Source: Selaginella moellendorffii
Lineage: Eukaryota; Plantae; Lycopodiophyta
Assembly: GCF_000143415.4 (NCBI RefSeq)
Contig: NW_003314347.1
Location: 457,438-521,437 of the forward strand
Reading direction: 5' to 3'
Length of the DNA stretch: 64,000 nucleotides
How positions within the stretch are numbered: the stretch's first letter is position 1; each line of letters opens with the position of its first letter. A model generated the notes under the pieces. The model had not been told where the DNA came from. It saw nothing but the letters and a program-made list of their open reading frames with translations, and did not search any database. Shown one piece after another: positions 61,196 through 64,000 of this stretch. The translations under genes and the position numbers were made by a program.

Positions 61196-63733
61196 CAAGC
61201 CTCAAATTTGCAGGGCAAACTTTCTTTTCCTTCTTGTGAATATTACAATTTTCTTTCATTGTGCAAGATAAAAATTAAGTTATACCTCCCAATATATAGA
61301 TATTTATATATAAAAAACTTTTTAATACAACTAATTCAATTACACAAAATCTTTGTTTGCTTTTTTTGATGACATGCATCATAAACATGCCCCTAATTGA
61401 TCTTGTTGTACTCATTATCACCATTTAAATAGATGAATATCAAATCATTTAAAGTTTCAATATTTAAATAGCATTTTGAAGTAGTTTTTAACTGATTTTG
61501 ATAAGAAAATCCACCTTCAGCACAAGTAGTGCTCACAGGTATCAAAGAGATAATTTTGCATAATTCTATCAAATTAAAACATATATCTATCATGGAAATA
61601 TCATCTCTGCATATTTGCCAAGCGACTAGCTTATTTTTTGTTAACAGATTACTTTGCATAATAGTTACAAACTTTGTGAATTCTCCTTTACATTTTTCCC
61701 CATCAACAAAAGCACCATATTAGTTCAGTAAAATATTTAGCCATTTGTAAAAGTTGTTATCCAATTTTTCCTTATCATTTGAATAATTCTTTGGGCTGAA
61801 CAGTTTTGTAGTATTAAATATGCCTATATCTTTTCCCATTCTAGCTAACATATCAATGTATAGTTTTTGAACACACTCCTTATTTAAATTTAAGTAAGAG
61901 CTTAAGCTCCCATCTCCTTTGCTCTCTAGAATAGAAGTATAATTTAAGACATGCTTATGTTATTCCTTTTCAGCATTTATAAACTTGATAAATTCATCTT
62001 TAGTAACCTCCACAAAATTACTCAAGTGTTTCACACTAAGAGTCTCTTTCAGAAATTTTCTTTTGATACTTTTCAAAGTACCATATAATTACCCAACAAT
62101 GCTAGCAATATCCACAGTTTCAACTTTAAAAGATTTTGTTCAAACTATTTAATTCCAGAAGTATATTAGGTAGCATATGAATAAATGATCAATCTTTTTA
62201 AAACTTCCCCATGAAATAATCAACGTACACTGTGGATTTGAAGCATACCTAATGTAAATATATTTATAGCATCTTCTAGAGGCCTAAAAGCCATGACTCT
62301 TTTTCTAAAAGTATGCAACCATTTATAAATTTGATTGCATAGCTTTTGAACAATCATAAGTTTAAAAAATGCATGCACAACTTCAATAGCCACTAAACTT
62401 TATTTATGTGTTAAGTAATGCACTCCAAGCAAGTGTGGAATGTTATGTTTCAATATTGTCACTAGACCAAATTATTTTCCAACCATAATAAAAGCTCCAT
62501 CAGTTTCAATAACAACACATTTTCCCTTTTTAAAGTTCATTTCTTCCAAAACCTTTTTGATGGCTTCATATTTATTTACAACCTTTAGTTACCATCAATT
62601 TGAAAAAGTAAGTTTTATTCAGACTTTTTTCTTTTTCTTGCATATGGAAAGAGATGTATATGATAAGATGAGATTCCAAACTTTTATCAGTATTGTTATC
62701 CACCATAATAGAAAAGTAAGGACTAGCTCAAATATTTTGGCAAACATCTTTCCATCACATATCTTTTTTGCATTTTACAAACTTTTTTCCACTCATAGCA
62801 TTCATATAAGCCTTATACTCTATGGTGATTGGCATATAGGGCATTTCTATAAACCTATTAAATTCACACAAAGATTTATAGCTTTGTAAAGGTAATCCTT
62901 TATTCACAATGAAGTACATGTGTTGCATTAAGGAAATCAATTTATTTTTGTGTTGATCTTTTTGAGCAGTAATATATTTAAGGATAGATAACCCTTTCTT
63001 TTTTCTTTACTTCCCAAATAACTATAGCTAATTGATGTTATTTGGAATTATTATGCTATTTTAAAATTGGTTTTTGAAAAGTCAAAGAACCATCCTTACC
63101 AAAAAAATTATACTTTTTAGCATATACATATATCATACATTTTATTTTTTAATTGCCTTCAACATCTATCACAAGATACACCCAAGGAAAACTAAGTTTC
63201 CACTCAATTCTGAATGTTTTATTCTTTTTCCTCTTTTTATTGGTTGTAGTATTAGTTTCTTTTTCTGTTGTTGAAAGATCTTCATCCTCTGATCTAATTT
63301 TAAATCCTTCACCAAAAAGGGAATTATAAAGCTTTTGCCTTGCAATATTTTGTTAATTTATATTTTTTTTTTCCCTCTCATAGGCAATAGCAAAAAATGC
63401 TTCAATCCTATGTTGTTGCTGTCACTATCGCTGCTTTCCCATTTGCCCTAGTCCTAATCCATGTCAACTTCATTGAATTCAGGTGGTTAGACATCAGGAT
63501 ATTTTTACAATATTTTTAATAATATTAGATAGAATATTATCTATACTGCAATGTAAGAATTTTCTTTGCCCTGCAAGTGGCAACTAAAATATTTCTATAC
63601 TTCATTAGTACAAAGTGAAAATTGAACATTTCTTTCAAATAGCAAGGCAAATTAGAAATCAGTCTTCAAATGCAAGGTAAACATGCCTTTGCAGGGCTTT
63701 GCAGGGCTTTGTAGGGTGGAAATTTGAGGCCTA
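61196..63733 (-). mobile_element. hAT DNA transposon copy
   Basis: TIRs CAAGCCTCAAATTT / AAATTTGAGGCCTA; TSD cattgcca / cattgtct; PVSTTCAEGGFS motif. Confidence 0.88.
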
Positions 63734-64000
63734 CATTGTCTCCCTAAATGTGATTTGGGTGCCATAGTTCTAAAGAGATTGTTGCTATAGAAGAGCTTAC
63801 AAGGATGTTGAGATATTGCTGTAAGTTCCTTCATGCACTTCACAGTGATAGTAAATGCCTTGTGATGGCATCTTAAACTCGTACCATGGCATCTGCATTG
63901 CCAGTTCAAAGATTAAATGGCCCACAACCAAGAACAAAGTGAAGAAAATGAGAAAACTCTAAGAATGTTGCTGTCCCCTTAAGTTTCTCTGGCCATAAAT

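Larger units (their letters stand above)
18279..64000. repeat. Tandem segmental array of 6 units: about 18279-24505, 24506-31231, 31232-37455, 37456-53215 (includes LTR element), 53216-60557, 60558->64000
   Basis: Near-identical blocks (MYB exon 1 and promoter, spacer, UGH-like gene, ARM gene) recur in the same order. Confidence 0.93.

Overview
Compact land-plant nuclear DNA. Introns of about 50-70 nt and tight gene spacing suggest a lycophyte such as Selaginella (inference). 1-7.9 kb holds six co-directional + strand genes: a DUF674 3' end, HPAT, a UUAT-like nucleotide-sugar transporter, DUF3054, an ATS3/PLAT-like secreted protein and a UXT-like transporter. 12.8-18.7 kb holds two convergent R2R3-MYB genes. 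18.3-64 kb is an array of six tandem units of about 6-8 kb. Each unit carries [MYB promoter + exon 1] - [hAT insertion site] - [ureidoglycolate-hydrolase-like gene] - [TM+ARM-repeat gene], and each has decayed differently. A full-length Ty3/gypsy chromovirus (40751-48262, AACCC TSD) is nested in the hAT of unit 4. Main result: this LTR retrotransposon has two short GT-AG introns that exactly interrupt conserved integrase motifs. It also has a candidate leader intron that would excise its own primer-binding site, a candidate Gag-terminating intron and a hairpin-rich 3' UTR. Together these suggest splicing separates mRNA from genomic RNA and lets the element keep its introns (hypothesis). Gene models were built by eye, and family names come from recalled motifs, not database searches.
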